From Candidatus Latescibacterota bacterium (lineage in GTDB: Bacteria; Latescibacterota; UBA2968; SICM01), in the NCBI GenBank assembly GCA_965217865.1, contig CBDCJO010000002.1, positions 3,808,001 through 3,872,000 on the forward strand: 64,000 nt of DNA. Direction: 5' to 3'. A program made the translations under genes and the position numbers. Within the stretch, counting starts at the first letter, position 1. Each line of letters opens with the position of its first letter. Of the stretch, positions 50,466 to 60,945 are shown in pieces. The notes under the pieces were generated by a model, which saw nothing but the letters and a program-made list of their open reading frames with translations, was not told where the DNA came from and did not search any database.

Positions 50466-50628
50466 AGACGAGTCCGGGGAAGGGTCTAAGTTGGCACAGG
50501 AAAGTTTTCTGACATTGGGGAAGTACAAATTGAAAGTTGAAGATTGCAGATTGGCTCAACCTCACCCCAAGCAGCTTCCCTGTGCGGATAGGAGATTCTG
50601 ATTCAGGTGACCGGTCAAGAGGCGTTTC

Positions 50629-51720
50629 TTAGATCAGGTTGTTGCGCCGAATGGTCTCGACGATGATGGCAGACGGAGAGAGCTCCTGTGCCCTGGGGCC
50701 CCTCTGAAGTTGATCGTGATTCTCGACCCATCTTCGCAAATGCTCCACCTGGAAACCTGTCAGACGGCAGTTTTCGCCGAGTCCCTCTTTTCTCTCGGTG
50801 ACCGCCCTGTGAATGATGCATGGCTTTCCCAGATAGTAACATTCTTCCTGGTTCCCGCCGCTGTCCGTCACGATGAAGGCGCTCTTCCGCAGTAGGCCGA
50901 TGAAGGTGAAGAAATCCAGCCGCGGGATGCGCGTAATGGCTCCTCGCGCGAACGCGGTTTGAAGCCCGTATTGGTCCACTTTGGCGACGGTAACGGGATG
51001 ATCGATGAAGACCAGCGGCATGGTGCGCCGAGCCAGGTGGGCCAGGACGTCCAGGACCGCCTCCAGATGGTCCCGGTCGTTAATGAGCTCGAAGCGGTGC
51101 AGGGATACCAGGCCGAAGCGGTCCGGGATCTCAAAGTCGAAGGGGAAATAGTCCATCTCCGGCGCAGAGGAGAGGCTGTCCATCAGGGTGTTGGACCGCG
51201 TGTCGATGACTCTGCCCCGCTTGCCTCTCAGGTTCTGGCAGGCCCATTTCCCCGGAGCGAAGTGGTAGCGGGCAAGCTTTGAGGTCAACAGCCGGTCCAG
51301 CTCCTCGGGGAAGGGATTGAAGACGTTGTAGCTCCTGAGGCCGGCCTCGATATGCCCCACCGGGACGCCCAGAATTCTACCCATAAGCGCTCCCAGGACA
51401 GTGGTGAATGTGTCTCCGTGAACCAGGACAAGGGATACTCTCAGGCTTTGTAGCCAGGCGTATCGCCACGTATAGTTGAGCAACACCCTTGTGATCCAGG
51501 GGAGGACGTCCTTGTTTTTCTCCAGATCTCTCCCGTGGACCCCTCTTGCCAACCACAGGTCCGGCGAGGGAAGGCCGAACTTGCTTATCAGGCCCCCCAG
51601 TTGCGTCGCCTGCTGTCCTGTGCAGAGGAAGCGATACGGCAGCCTTTTCTCCGTGAAGGCCTTCATGACGGGAGCGACTTTGATCAGCTCACCGGTCGTC
51701 CCCAGGATGAACAGGACCAT
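50629..51720 (-). CDS. wecB: UDP-N-acetylglucosamine 2-epimerase (non-hydrolysing)
   Basis: GTTGELIK, TGQ, VHGDT, GHIEAGLRS, PFPEE, LHRFE, TDSGGNQEE, TERKEG. Confidence 0.9.
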   Translation of the reverse strand: MVLFILGTTGELIKVAPVMKAFTEKRLPYRFLCTGQQATQLGGLISKFGLPSPDLWLARGVHGRDLEKNKDVLPWITRVLLNYTWRYAWLQSLRVSLVLVHGDTFTTVLGALMGRILGVPVGHIEAGLRSYNVFNPFPEELDRLLTSKLARYHFAPGKWACQNLRGKRGRVIDTRSNTLMDSLSSAPEMDYFPFDFEIPDRFGLVSLHRFELINDRDHLEAVLDVLAHLARRTMPLVFIDHPVTVAKVDQYGLQTAFARGAITRIPRLDFFTFIGLLRKSAFIVTDSGGNQEECYYLGKPCIIHRAVTERKEGLGENCRLTGFQVEHLRRWVENHDQLQRGPRAQELSPSAIIVETIRRNNLI

Positions 51721-51768
51721 TCAAGTCATTCCTTTTCTGGAGCCATCGAAGGCATTTCCCCCAAGGGG

Positions 51769-52944
51769 TCAGGCCGGCTGCTTCGCGTTGGGCGGGATGG
51801 AAAACAGGTTGCCAAACGCCCGGTCGAAGATGTCCTTCCAGTCGAACTGACGTGCGTAAGATCTCGCCAGGACGCTTCGTCTGTTCCACTCACGTTCGTT
51901 GGAGAGGATCTCTAGGATTGCGTCCCCGATGTCCTGAGGGGTGTAGTCCACCAACCGTGCACCTCCGTGTTCCGCCAGCTCACGGCTGTTGGGAGGCACT
52001 TCGGTCATCACGATGGGCAGTCCGGCCCCCAGGTAGACCTTGAGTTTTCCCGGGTCCGTCGTCCACGTAAAGGAAGCCTCCTCCGGATTATAGGTAGCCA
52101 CGGCCAGGGCTGATTCGGCTATGATTCTTTCGATTTCGACGTGGCTTTCGATAAACCCCAGGAAGCGCACGTGCCCACTCAGCTTGAGGGCTTCGGTCCG
52201 GGACCGAAGGTTTTCCTCGAAGGGGCCCCGGCCGATGATCGTGAGCGTGGCATCAGGGAGCGATTCGATCACCCTGGGGAGGGCCTCGATGACCTTCTGG
52301 ACTCCCATTCTTGGCACGAGGTGGCCGAGGAACACGATCTGCCTGCGCGCGAACGAGCCGGGCTCAGAGGACGGGACGCGATCCAGCCATATGCCCATGG
52401 GGACCACCTGGCGGGGTGCCGGGTTTATCACGCCCAAGACGCGGATGCGCTCCTTCTGCATGGCCTGAGATAGGCTCCATATTTGATCCGCCCGGCAGCA
52501 GCAGAGCTGATCGACCCGGTCGTATATACCGGTGACCCACGTGTCCTGCCCGAAGCGGCCCGGGGTGAAGTCCACGCAGTAGTAGATCACCTGTTTTGTC
52601 CTCTGCATCCGCCTTAGGAGGAGCCCCTTCAGGCAGTTGAGGTTATTGAATCCGAACCAGAGGTCCACGAAGGCTTCGGGTAGGTGGGGCACCACCATGT
52701 CGATCGGATAGGTCGCGGGGGGGCGGAAAGGCAGCCGCATGGACCGGGAGCTTCGCAGAGTTCCCCGCTCCCAGCGGTCGATTCGATGGGAGACATCTCC
52801 CTCCTTGACCAGAGGGTGGGTGATCGTTATGATACTTCTTGCCCTGTAGTCGTTCAGATACTTCAGGAGATTCTGGGCAGGGCCGTCCGCATAGCCGTGC
52901 CAGGCGACGGCGAAAGTCATTTCACTTATTTTACGGTCTAGCAT
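51769..52944 (-). CDS. GT4 (group 1) glycosyltransferase
   Basis: VFLGHL..MG, IIGRGP, VRFLG, PGKLKVYLGAGLPIV, FDW. Confidence 0.88.
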   Translation of the reverse strand: MLDRKISEMTFAVAWHGYADGPAQNLLKYLNDYRARSIITITHPLVKEGDVSHRIDRWERGTLRSSRSMRLPFRPPATYPIDMVVPHLPEAFVDLWFGFNNLNCLKGLLLRRMQRTKQVIYYCVDFTPGRFGQDTWVTGIYDRVDQLCCCRADQIWSLSQAMQKERIRVLGVINPAPRQVVPMGIWLDRVPSSEPGSFARRQIVFLGHLVPRMGVQKVIEALPRVIESLPDATLTIIGRGPFEENLRSRTEALKLSGHVRFLGFIESHVEIERIIAESALAVATYNPEEASFTWTTDPGKLKVYLGAGLPIVMTEVPPNSRELAEHGGARLVDYTPQDIGDAILEILSNEREWNRRSVLARSYARQFDWKDIFDRAFGNLFSIPPNAKQPA

Positions 52945-52950
52945 TGGGGC

Positions 52951-54033
52951 ATGTCCGAGAAGGCGAATATATCCCTGAGTGTGATTATTCCCGTGTATAA
53001 CGAGCCTGCATGGATCACACGGTCTGTATCTTCCGTTCTGGAGGCGATTTTGCAGGCGGAGATAGAGGAGTTCGAGATCCTGGTTGTAGATGACGGGTCA
53101 ACGGACAGCACCACAGAGGTGCTGGACGGGCTGAAAAGGCGGGATTCCAGAATTCGCATTTTCGCACAGCCTAACAAGGGTCGATTTCTGGCGCGTCTCA
53201 GGGGCGTCAGGGAGGCGCAGTATCCGTATCTCCTGCTGACCGATTCGCGGGTGACGCTCTCTCCGAGTTCCCTGAGATTCGTCTGCCAAATGATTAGGGA
53301 GGATCCCTCGAGGTCCGTCTGGAATGCCCACTGCTTCATCGAGCAGCAGGGAAATCCCTACGCCCGATTCTGGAATGTTCTGACGGAGATCGCGTTCGCG
53401 GACTACTTCTCGAATCCGAGGACGACATCTTTCGGGCCAGAGAAATTCGATCGTTTTCCAAAGGGCACCACGTGTTTCCTGGTTCCGAGGGAGACCTGGG
53501 AGGACGCGACGGCACATTTCGATTCCCTTTACAGCTCCCTGGAACACGCCAACGACGACACGACTCTGATTCGCTGGATCGCCCAGCGGAGCCGCATACA
53601 GATCAGTCCCGAGTTCAGCTGTGCGTATTGCTCACGCACGACGTTCAGACAGTTTGTGGACCACATCTTCCACAGGGGGTTGGTATTCGTAGACGGGTAT
53701 CGTTCTCCCCGAACCCGATTCTTCCCCATACTCGCGGGATTCTACCCCATCAGCATCCTATTCCTGATCGCCGCGATGAGAATGCCTCTGCTGTTCCCTG
53801 TGACTCTGGCATTCCTGAGCGCGACAGGGGTGGGCATTGCCTCAGCTTATAGCAGGTCTCCCACGGACAGGGCCACGTTCGGCACGCTCGTGCCGGTGTA
53901 TGCCGTGTTCTTCGGGATGGGTCTTTGGGCGGGGTTGTTCCTGGGAATCAGGGATAAACTGCGGAGGTCGGCCGAGCGGCTTTCCGGAAGCGACGACGGG
54001 GGATCCGCCACCGATTCGACCCACGGAAACTGA
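52951..54033 (+). CDS. GT2 glycosyltransferase with C-terminal TMs
   Basis: SVIIPVYNE, VVDDGSTD, NKGRFLAR, LTDSR. Confidence 0.9.
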   Translation: MSEKANISLSVIIPVYNEPAWITRSVSSVLEAILQAEIEEFEILVVDDGSTDSTTEVLDGLKRRDSRIRIFAQPNKGRFLARLRGVREAQYPYLLLTDSRVTLSPSSLRFVCQMIREDPSRSVWNAHCFIEQQGNPYARFWNVLTEIAFADYFSNPRTTSFGPEKFDRFPKGTTCFLVPRETWEDATAHFDSLYSSLEHANDDTTLIRWIAQRSRIQISPEFSCAYCSRTTFRQFVDHIFHRGLVFVDGYRSPRTRFFPILAGFYPISILFLIAAMRMPLLFPVTLAFLSATGVGIASAYSRSPTDRATFGTLVPVYAVFFGMGLWAGLFLGIRDKLRRSAERLSGSDDGGSATDSTHGN

Positions 54034-54301
54034 GTCCGAGGGTCTAATCCAGATTCCCGGAGCAACAGCAGATGCATTCCAGTCCAGGGGGCAAGGGGAG
54101 CCGGATGGAGGAATAATTAATATAGTTTCTTTTTGAAGGCCTGACAATGTCTAAATTCCCTGAGTTCCCCCCACACGTCCCGAGGTGCCGGACTTCAGCA
54201 GATGGAAAGAACCCTTTTTGGACCCTGATTCAGGATGTTCAGGTTTCTCGTAGGGCAGAAGTCCTGTGCGGTATGATCGTTCCGCGTAAGGTTGGTTGGC
54301 A

Positions 54302-56791
54302 ATGGCAATGAGAGACCGCCTTTCAAGAAAGGCCCGCAGGCTTTCGGTTCCACAGAAGGCCGGGAGAATAGGGTCCGTCCCAAAAGCCCCCTGGGTGGCC
54401 GGCCTGTATCTGCTGCTGACGTTGTGCGCGACCTATCCGCTCGTGCTCAACCCGTCACAGAGTGTATACAGCCCGGGCGATCATATCTCGACCGATATCT
54501 ACAGCGCGATGGCGATAAACCTCTGGTGGCCAAAGCATGCGATATGGGAGCTGGGTTCCTCCGTGACGAAAAACGGCCTCCTCTGCGCCCCTTATGGCCA
54601 GTCGCTTATGTTACCCTCTCTGATCGGCATCGCGATGCTCCCGATCACCCTGCTGGCCGGTCCCGTGGTGGTTTCGAATCTCCTTACGTGGGCGGGTTAT
54701 TTTTTCTCGGCTTTTTTCACATACCTGCTTGTGTTTCACATCACACGCCAGAGACTGGCGAGCATAATGGCTGGGGTGATCTTTGCCTTCTGCCCTTACA
54801 TGCTGCTCAGGGGATACACGACTTACGATACGATACAGACTCAGTGGATCCCTCTGTATGTGCTCTCCCTGTTGAAATTTGACGAAGAGCGGTCGTGGCG
54901 GCATGCGGGACTGATCGTCGTTTCTCTCGTCGGTGCGCTTTTTCTCTCCTTCCCCTACTATTTCGTCTTCCTGCCTATTCTGACGGGGGTGTATCTTTTA
55001 TTTCGAATCGTCGTCCATTTTGGTCGCGCTGCCCCAAACTCGAACCTGAGGCCGTTGTTTTCGGAACTGATCCATCTCCAAGACCTTGCAAAACTGCTAC
55101 TTGCGGCAGGGGTTGTGTTAACGCTCTTCACCATCCATTATCGTTTTGGAATACAGCCCCCCACAGATCTCCCAAGGGCCGAGGCCGCAGTGCCCGGGGT
55201 TCGCAACATCGAGCAGCAGTGGGAGCTGCGGATGGCAACGAAGGACTATTTTATACCGCTTCCCCAAAGCACAGTTTTTGGGAATTGGGTAAAAGACTAT
55301 TGGGATGATGTATATTCCGATGAACGCCGGAACTCAATCAATTCGGCTGCCTTTGTGGGATATATTGCTCTGGCGTTTGCCGTGTACGGGCTTTATCGAC
55401 GACGGGATTGGAGGATGGTTTTCTTCGCAGTTATCGGGTTCCTGGCCTTCCTGACGACATTGGGTCCCTATCTTAAGATTGGGGGAATCGAAATCCCAAC
55501 CCCGGCGTGGTTGATGTTTCAATTTGCCTCATTCGTGAGAAGAATTAACGCGTACAAAGTTTACGTGCAGCTTGCGGTCTCAGTTCTGGCCGGGGTCGGA
55601 ATGGGGCTTGTGTTGAAGCGGTTTCAGGATCGATGGAGGCAGGGGCTCATGGCCGGGGGGGCCATCGTGTTCATAGGTTTGGAATATACGATCGTACCGC
55701 CTTTCATGAATACGGATGTGACGTTCACACCATCCGCTTACAAATGGCTTTCACAGATTCCGGACGACCCGGTGGTGCTGGAATATCCGATGCGAAAATC
55801 CTGGGGCGCGTATTACCAGGGTTATTACTACTATCAGATGGCCCATCGCAAGAGATTGTTCAACGGTCAGATCGGCAATTCTTATATTCCTTTGCGATAT
55901 CGGCCCTTTTGGGAGGACATGGAGGTTCCAGCGGCCATCGGGGATGAAAATAATCAAGCGCTGCTTAAGTTTTTTGGGGTTAAGTACGTTGTCAAACATT
56001 ATCGCGTGCAGTCCCGAACGGCGATTCTCCGATCCCTCCCCCAGCCTGATTTTGACGCTTTGAATGGGCTTAAGCTGGCGTATGGATCCTCGGACTTCCG
56101 GAGAGAGTATCGGGAGTTCTCCCCGGGGTTCATATATCGCAATCTCAAGTTGATGGTCACGGATGTGCGAACCCTCGACCATCCACACGATTACATTTGG
56201 ACCGACGTCTTCGAGGTTGTGGCCGACCCTGCCAGTGTGATGCTCACGTGGGATTACCGGAGCCCTTATCCCTCGTCGTCGAAAGCATCCGAATACTTTG
56301 AGGTGAATCTGACCGAAGAAGAAAAAAATTTCTATCCCCCCACCATGATGTTCTTCGACGGAAAGGAGTGGCTTTCCATCCTGGGAATAGACAATGCCCA
56401 ATCTCTTCGGGAGCAGTCGGGCAACCTCAAAGTCCCCCTCGATCTTCGTCCCTGGAGGATGATGAAAAACGACGGGAAGATGAAGGCCCTCAATCTGATT
56501 GATCGGGAGGTTCACTTTGATATCCACTTCGAAGCCGTCAGCTTTGACGGGCCTCGTCGGGTAGAGGTTTGGGTAGGAGAATCGGGTTCCACGGAACGGC
56601 TCCTTGGAGAGTTTCCGGTTGAAACCAGATCCGGAACCATCGAACTTCGAGACATGAAACTTGGGCCGGATCAAAAGATGGATTTCAGGTTCCACGCCTT
56701 CGGGGAGCCTTCTCAGTTGAAGGATGACAAAGGCGGTGTCCGAGAGGTGACGGTGGGCTTCCATAATTTTCGGGTTATTCCAAGGAATTGA
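54302..56791 (+). CDS. large polytopic membrane protein, GT-C/YfhO-like putative glycosyltransferase
   Basis: Many TMs, AGVIFAFCPY, W.P.Y, FVGY, LGP, AYKWL..VVLEYP, YQMAHRKRLFNG, LKFFGVKYVV; large soluble C-terminus. Confidence 0.75.
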   Translation: MAMRDRLSRKARRLSVPQKAGRIGSVPKAPWVAGLYLLLTLCATYPLVLNPSQSVYSPGDHISTDIYSAMAINLWWPKHAIWELGSSVTKNGLLCAPYGQSLMLPSLIGIAMLPITLLAGPVVVSNLLTWAGYFFSAFFTYLLVFHITRQRLASIMAGVIFAFCPYMLLRGYTTYDTIQTQWIPLYVLSLLKFDEERSWRHAGLIVVSLVGALFLSFPYYFVFLPILTGVYLLFRIVVHFGRAAPNSNLRPLFSELIHLQDLAKLLLAAGVVLTLFTIHYRFGIQPPTDLPRAEAAVPGVRNIEQQWELRMATKDYFIPLPQSTVFGNWVKDYWDDVYSDERRNSINSAAFVGYIALAFAVYGLYRRRDWRMVFFAVIGFLAFLTTLGPYLKIGGIEIPTPAWLMFQFASFVRRINAYKVYVQLAVSVLAGVGMGLVLKRFQDRWRQGLMAGGAIVFIGLEYTIVPPFMNTDVTFTPSAYKWLSQIPDDPVVLEYPMRKSWGAYYQGYYYYQMAHRKRLFNGQIGNSYIPLRYRPFWEDMEVPAAIGDENNQALLKFFGVKYVVKHYRVQSRTAILRSLPQPDFDALNGLKLAYGSSDFRREYREFSPGFIYRNLKLMVTDVRTLDHPHDYIWTDVFEVVADPASVMLTWDYRSPYPSSSKASEYFEVNLTEEEKNFYPPTMMFFDGKEWLSILGIDNAQSLREQSGNLKVPLDLRPWRMMKNDGKMKALNLIDREVHFDIHFEAVSFDGPRRVEVWVGESGSTERLLGEFPVETRSGTIELRDMKLGPDQKMDFRFHAFGEPSQLKDDKGGVREVTVGFHNFRVIPRN

Positions 56792-57753
56792 AGAGAATCG
56801 GCGATCAGACGGTGACAAAGTTATCCAAAATCCGAGAAATCGTGATTTGTCCTGCGTGTGGGTCAGACCTTGAAATCGCCGACTCGTCCGTGAAATGCGA
56901 GGGTTGCCAAAAGAGCTTTGCGTTGATCGATGGGGACATCGCCAGCCTGATCGGCCACCTGAATGAGGATGCGGAATTCTCAAGGGCCAAATGGGATGAG
57001 CGATATCTCGATTACGCGGTCGCACTTGAAGCCGAGAGGGATTATAAACGCTGGTATCTGGATGACACCAAACGGCAGGTGATGGAATTTGCGCCGAGCC
57101 TTTCCAACCGATCTGGAATCTATCTGGAGATCGGCTGCGGACTTGGTTTTTTGGGAGAGGAACTTGCGCGGGAAGGCTGGTTTTTCATAGGGATCGATTT
57201 CTCGATCAATTCCCTCAGGATGCTCAAGCAACGGTTAACCGATCGGGGAATTGATAACTATTTCCTTGTCCACGGAGATATCCTATCTTTACCGATACGG
57301 GACGATTCCCTGGACCTGGTGTATGGAGGCGGAGTGATCGAGCACTTCAAGAACACTCGATGCGTCCTTGCCCATATCTTCAGGGCATTAAAGACCGGAG
57401 GTGTTTCATTCAATACCGTCCCCTATTTTAATATCGGAAATCTTCTCTATCGCTCGTGTTGGGGCGGGATTCCCAACATCCCGGTATTAAGGCAACTTTC
57501 CGAGTTCGTCCATTTAAAACTTCTCGGCGGGAAGCACATGATCTTCGGCTATGAGCTTCAGTTTACGAGAGTTCAGCTTCGAACGTTGCATTCCGAGGTT
57601 GGCTTCAGAATTCCCAATGTCCTGGTGGACCGGTTTGACTGCCAGATTCAACTGGAGAAACTCGACGACGGTTTCCTTAAGACGTTCTTCAAAAATCTCT
57701 GCAGAAATCACAGGCAGTTCTGGCCGATGGTCAAAGTCGTTGGCGTAAAATAG
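56788..57753 (+). CDS. class I SAM-dependent methyltransferase with Trm112-like N-terminal Zn ribbon
   Basis: CPACGSDL..CEGC, LEIGCGLG, GIDFS, GDILSLP, GVIEH. Confidence 0.88.
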   Translation: MKRIGDQTVTKLSKIREIVICPACGSDLEIADSSVKCEGCQKSFALIDGDIASLIGHLNEDAEFSRAKWDERYLDYAVALEAERDYKRWYLDDTKRQVMEFAPSLSNRSGIYLEIGCGLGFLGEELAREGWFFIGIDFSINSLRMLKQRLTDRGIDNYFLVHGDILSLPIRDDSLDLVYGGGVIEHFKNTRCVLAHIFRALKTGGVSFNTVPYFNIGNLLYRSCWGGIPNIPVLRQLSEFVHLKLLGGKHMIFGYELQFTRVQLRTLHSEVGFRIPNVLVDRFDCQIQLEKLDDGFLKTFFKNLCRNHRQFWPMVKVVGVK

Positions 57754-57768
57754 ATCCGGAGTTATCCG

Positions 57769-58374
57769 ATGAGCGAAGGGGTCTTCGTACATCCGACAAG
57801 CGAGGTGTCCTCTGAAGCCAGAATTGGTAGGGGAACAAAGGTATGGCAGCACTGCACAGTCCTTTCGGGTGCTGAAATCGGCGAGGGATGTCTTCTCTCG
57901 AAGAATGTTTATGTGGAAGGGCGCACGCACATCGGGAAAAACGTTAAGATCAAAAACAATGTGAGCGTTTATGAATGCGTCGAGCTGGAAGACGACGTAT
58001 TCGTGGGTCCAAGCGCTGTCTTCACGAACGTGACGACCCCTCGAAGTCACTGGCCCAGGAAGGATGAATTTATCCGGACCCTCGTAAAAAAAGGGGCTTC
58101 GATTGGTGCCAATGCCACCGTGCTGTGTGGAGTGACCATCGGTCGATACGGGATGATCGGGGCCGGCTCCGTGGTCACGCGAGATGTGCCCGACTTCGCC
58201 CTGGTGTATGGAACGCCAGCCGAACAACATGGCTGGGTTTGCCATTGTGGAGAATCGATCGATCCAATCCAGAACGAGAATACCTGCTTATGTGATCTTT
58301 GTGGGAGCACCTTTGAACTCCGTGCGAATCGATTGGTTGAAATCCAACTTTGCTTTGAAAAACGTGAATCGTGA
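57769..58374 (+). CDS. hexapeptide-repeat sugar N-acetyltransferase (WbpD/WlbB-like)
   Basis: FVHPTS, KIKNNVSVY, VFTNV..PRS, GASIGANAT, GWVCHCG. Confidence 0.9.
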   Translation: MSEGVFVHPTSEVSSEARIGRGTKVWQHCTVLSGAEIGEGCLLSKNVYVEGRTHIGKNVKIKNNVSVYECVELEDDVFVGPSAVFTNVTTPRSHWPRKDEFIRTLVKKGASIGANATVLCGVTIGRYGMIGAGSVVTRDVPDFALVYGTPAEQHGWVCHCGESIDPIQNENTCLCDLCGSTFELRANRLVEIQLCFEKRES

Positions 58375-58504
58375 GCCTCCTCAGGTGTCTGGACAAGCAT
58401 AAAAGCCATCGGAACCGAGGGAAGGGAAGAGATTCGTTGCCATCTGACACATCATTATCTATTATACACTTCTCCGATTCATATCATCCATAACAGGTCA
58501 TCAC

Positions 58505-59599
58505 ATGCCGATCCCCCTTATCGACTTGAAGGCCCAATACCGGTCAATTCAACATGAGATTGACCGGGCAATCAAGGATGTCATCGAAAGCACCTCCTTT
58601 GTCAGCGGAAAATTCGCAAGGGCCTTTGAAGCGTCTTTTTCGAGCTACTGCGGGGTTTCCTACGGGGTCGGGGCCAGTTCGGGGACGACGGCGCTTCACC
58701 TTGTGTTAGCAGCGATCGGGATCGGCAACGGGGATGAGGTGATAACCGTTCCGAACACCTTCACGGCTACTGCGGAGATGATCTCGATCACCGGGGCCAG
58801 GCCGGTATTCGTGGATGTTGAAGATGACACATTCAACATGGATCCCTCCAAATTGGAGGCTGCCATTACCCCCAAAACAAAGGCCATCGTGCCGGTACAC
58901 CTGTATGGGCAGATGGCTGACATGGACCGGATCACAAAGATCGCCGAGGGGCACGGCATTCCCGTTGTCGAGGACGGCGCGCAAGCCCACGGCGCCGAAT
59001 ACAGTGGGAAGCGCGCGGGTCAATTCAGTGCTGCAGCGGTCTACAGCTTTTACCCCGGAAAGATCCTGGGGGCGTACGGAGACGCCGGCATCGCCGTGAC
59101 CAACGATGAGGTCCTGTCCCAAAAGATGTCGATGCTCGCGAATCACGGAAGGGCCGGAAAGTACGAACACGAAGTCGCCGCCTTCAACTACCGGATCGAC
59201 GACCTGCAAGCGGCCATCCTGAACGTCAAACTGGGATATTTGAACGAATGGATAGAGCAGCGTCGGAGAAAAGCGGCCCTCTATAGCCGCATTCTTGAAG
59301 ATTCCGTCTTGACCCCGAAGGAGATGCCGTACGCCGTCCACGTTTACACATACTACGTTATCCGCACGAAAGGACGGGAGAGGCTCCAATCGGCCCTGAA
59401 TACGAAAGGGATCGAATCGATCATCCATTATCCCGTTCCGCTCCACCTACAACCCGCTTATCGCCATCTTGGCTACGGGAAGGGGGATTTTAAGGTTGCT
59501 GAGAATCAGGCGGAGGAGATTCTATCCCTCCCCCTCTACCCCGAGCTGGAGGAAAGCCAGATCAGGGAGGTGGCTGAGGTGGTGTGGAACAACACGTGA
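58505..59599 (+). CDS. DegT/DnrJ/EryC1/StrS sugar aminotransferase (WbpE/FdtB-like)
   Basis: DLKAQY, SGTTAL, VHLYGQ, EDGAQAHGA, SFYPGKILGAYGDAG, IHYP.PLH.QP. Confidence 0.93.
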   Translation: MPIPLIDLKAQYRSIQHEIDRAIKDVIESTSFVSGKFARAFEASFSSYCGVSYGVGASSGTTALHLVLAAIGIGNGDEVITVPNTFTATAEMISITGARPVFVDVEDDTFNMDPSKLEAAITPKTKAIVPVHLYGQMADMDRITKIAEGHGIPVVEDGAQAHGAEYSGKRAGQFSAAAVYSFYPGKILGAYGDAGIAVTNDEVLSQKMSMLANHGRAGKYEHEVAAFNYRIDDLQAAILNVKLGYLNEWIEQRRRKAALYSRILEDSVLTPKEMPYAVHVYTYYVIRTKGRERLQSALNTKGIESIIHYPVPLHLQPAYRHLGYGKGDFKVAENQAEEILSLPLYPELEESQIREVAEVVWNNT

Positions 59600-59646
59600 A
59601 ACAGCACGTCTGCGATCCCTAGTTTTTTCGCAGAACCCAGGAGGAC

Positions 59647-60891
59647 ATGATGACATTTGTTCCGAAGGTCCCGGATGATGGACAGCGTATCACGATGAAG
59701 GACGGAAAGCTTGCGACCCCCGATCAGCCGGTCATCCCATTTATTGAGGGAGACGGTACGGGTCCGGACATCTGGCGGGCGGCCTCCCGAGTTATGGAGG
59801 GGGCCGTCGAAAAGGCCTATGACGGGGAGAAGAGGATCGCGTGGATGGAGGTCCTTGCGGGGGAAAAGGCCTTCAACGCCGTTGGGAGCTGGCTTCCGGA
59901 TGCGACAGTCGATGCGTTTCGGGAGTTTCTCGTGGGCATCAAGGGCCCCCTGACCACGCCGGTGGGCGGGGGCATCAGGAGCCTGAACGTGGCCCTTCGG
60001 CAGACCCTGGACCTATATGTATGCCTTCGTCCGGTCCGCTGGTTTCAGGGTGTGCCGAGCCCGGTCAGGCACCCGGAGAAGGTGGATATGGTTATCTTCC
60101 GGGAGAACACTGAGGACATCTACGCCGGGATTGAATGGGAGGCGAAGACCCCGGAAGTTCGGCAGGTGATTGCCTGGCTCCGCGACCAGATGGGCATCAA
60201 AAAGATCCGTTTTCCGGAGACGTCGGGCATCGGAATCAAGCCGGTGTCCGAGGAAGGAAGCAAGCGGCTTATCCGGGCGGCCATCGAGTACGCCATTCGA
60301 CTGGGTAGAAAGAGCGTGACCCTTGTTCATAAGGGAAATATCATGAAGTTCACGGAAGGGGCTTTTCGGGGGTGGGGCTACGAACTGGCCAAACAGGAAT
60401 ATGATGGGAAGGTGGTTTCGTGGGACGAGTGTCTCGGAAACGTTCCAGAAGGAAAGGTCCTGATCAAGGACGCCATCGCAGACATCTTCCTGCAGCAGAT
60501 CTTGACGCGTCCCGATGAATTCGACGTGGTGGCGACCATGAATCTGAACGGGGATTACTGCTCTGACGCACTGGCGGCCCAGGTGGGCGGGATCGGGATC
60601 GCTCCTGGGGGAAATATCAATTATATTACAGGCCACGCCGTGTTCGAAGCCACGCACGGGACGGCACCGAAGTACGCCGGACAGGACAAGGTTAACCCGG
60701 GCTCCGTTCTTCTGTCCGGGGAGATGATGTTCCGTTACCTGGGTTGGGATGAGGCGGCGGACCTGATCGTGTCGGGTCTCGAGAAGACGATTTCGAGCAG
60801 AGTGGTCACCTATGATTTCGCGAGGCTGATGGAGGGACCCGAAGAGGTGAAGTGCTCCGAGTTCGCCGATGCGATCATCCGGAATATGTGA
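59647..60891 (+). CDS. icd: NADP-dependent isocitrate dehydrogenase
   Basis: [66 protein letters not shown]. Confidence 0.98.
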   Translation: MMTFVPKVPDDGQRITMKDGKLATPDQPVIPFIEGDGTGPDIWRAASRVMEGAVEKAYDGEKRIAWMEVLAGEKAFNAVGSWLPDATVDAFREFLVGIKGPLTTPVGGGIRSLNVALRQTLDLYVCLRPVRWFQGVPSPVRHPEKVDMVIFRENTEDIYAGIEWEAKTPEVRQVIAWLRDQMGIKKIRFPETSGIGIKPVSEEGSKRLIRAAIEYAIRLGRKSVTLVHKGNIMKFTEGAFRGWGYELAKQEYDGKVVSWDECLGNVPEGKVLIKDAIADIFLQQILTRPDEFDVVATMNLNGDYCSDALAAQVGGIGIAPGGNINYITGHAVFEATHGTAPKYAGQDKVNPGSVLLSGEMMFRYLGWDEAADLIVSGLEKTISSRVVTYDFARLMEGPEEVKCSEFADAIIRNM

Positions 60892-60945
60892 AGTTGTGTC
60901 GTCCGGAGGAGAATCCGTGGATTTCCTAATGGGTGGGATAAGTCC

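Noticed and set aside
55751-57025. 424-aa minus-strand ORF
   Set aside because: Antisense shadow of the GT-C-like gene.
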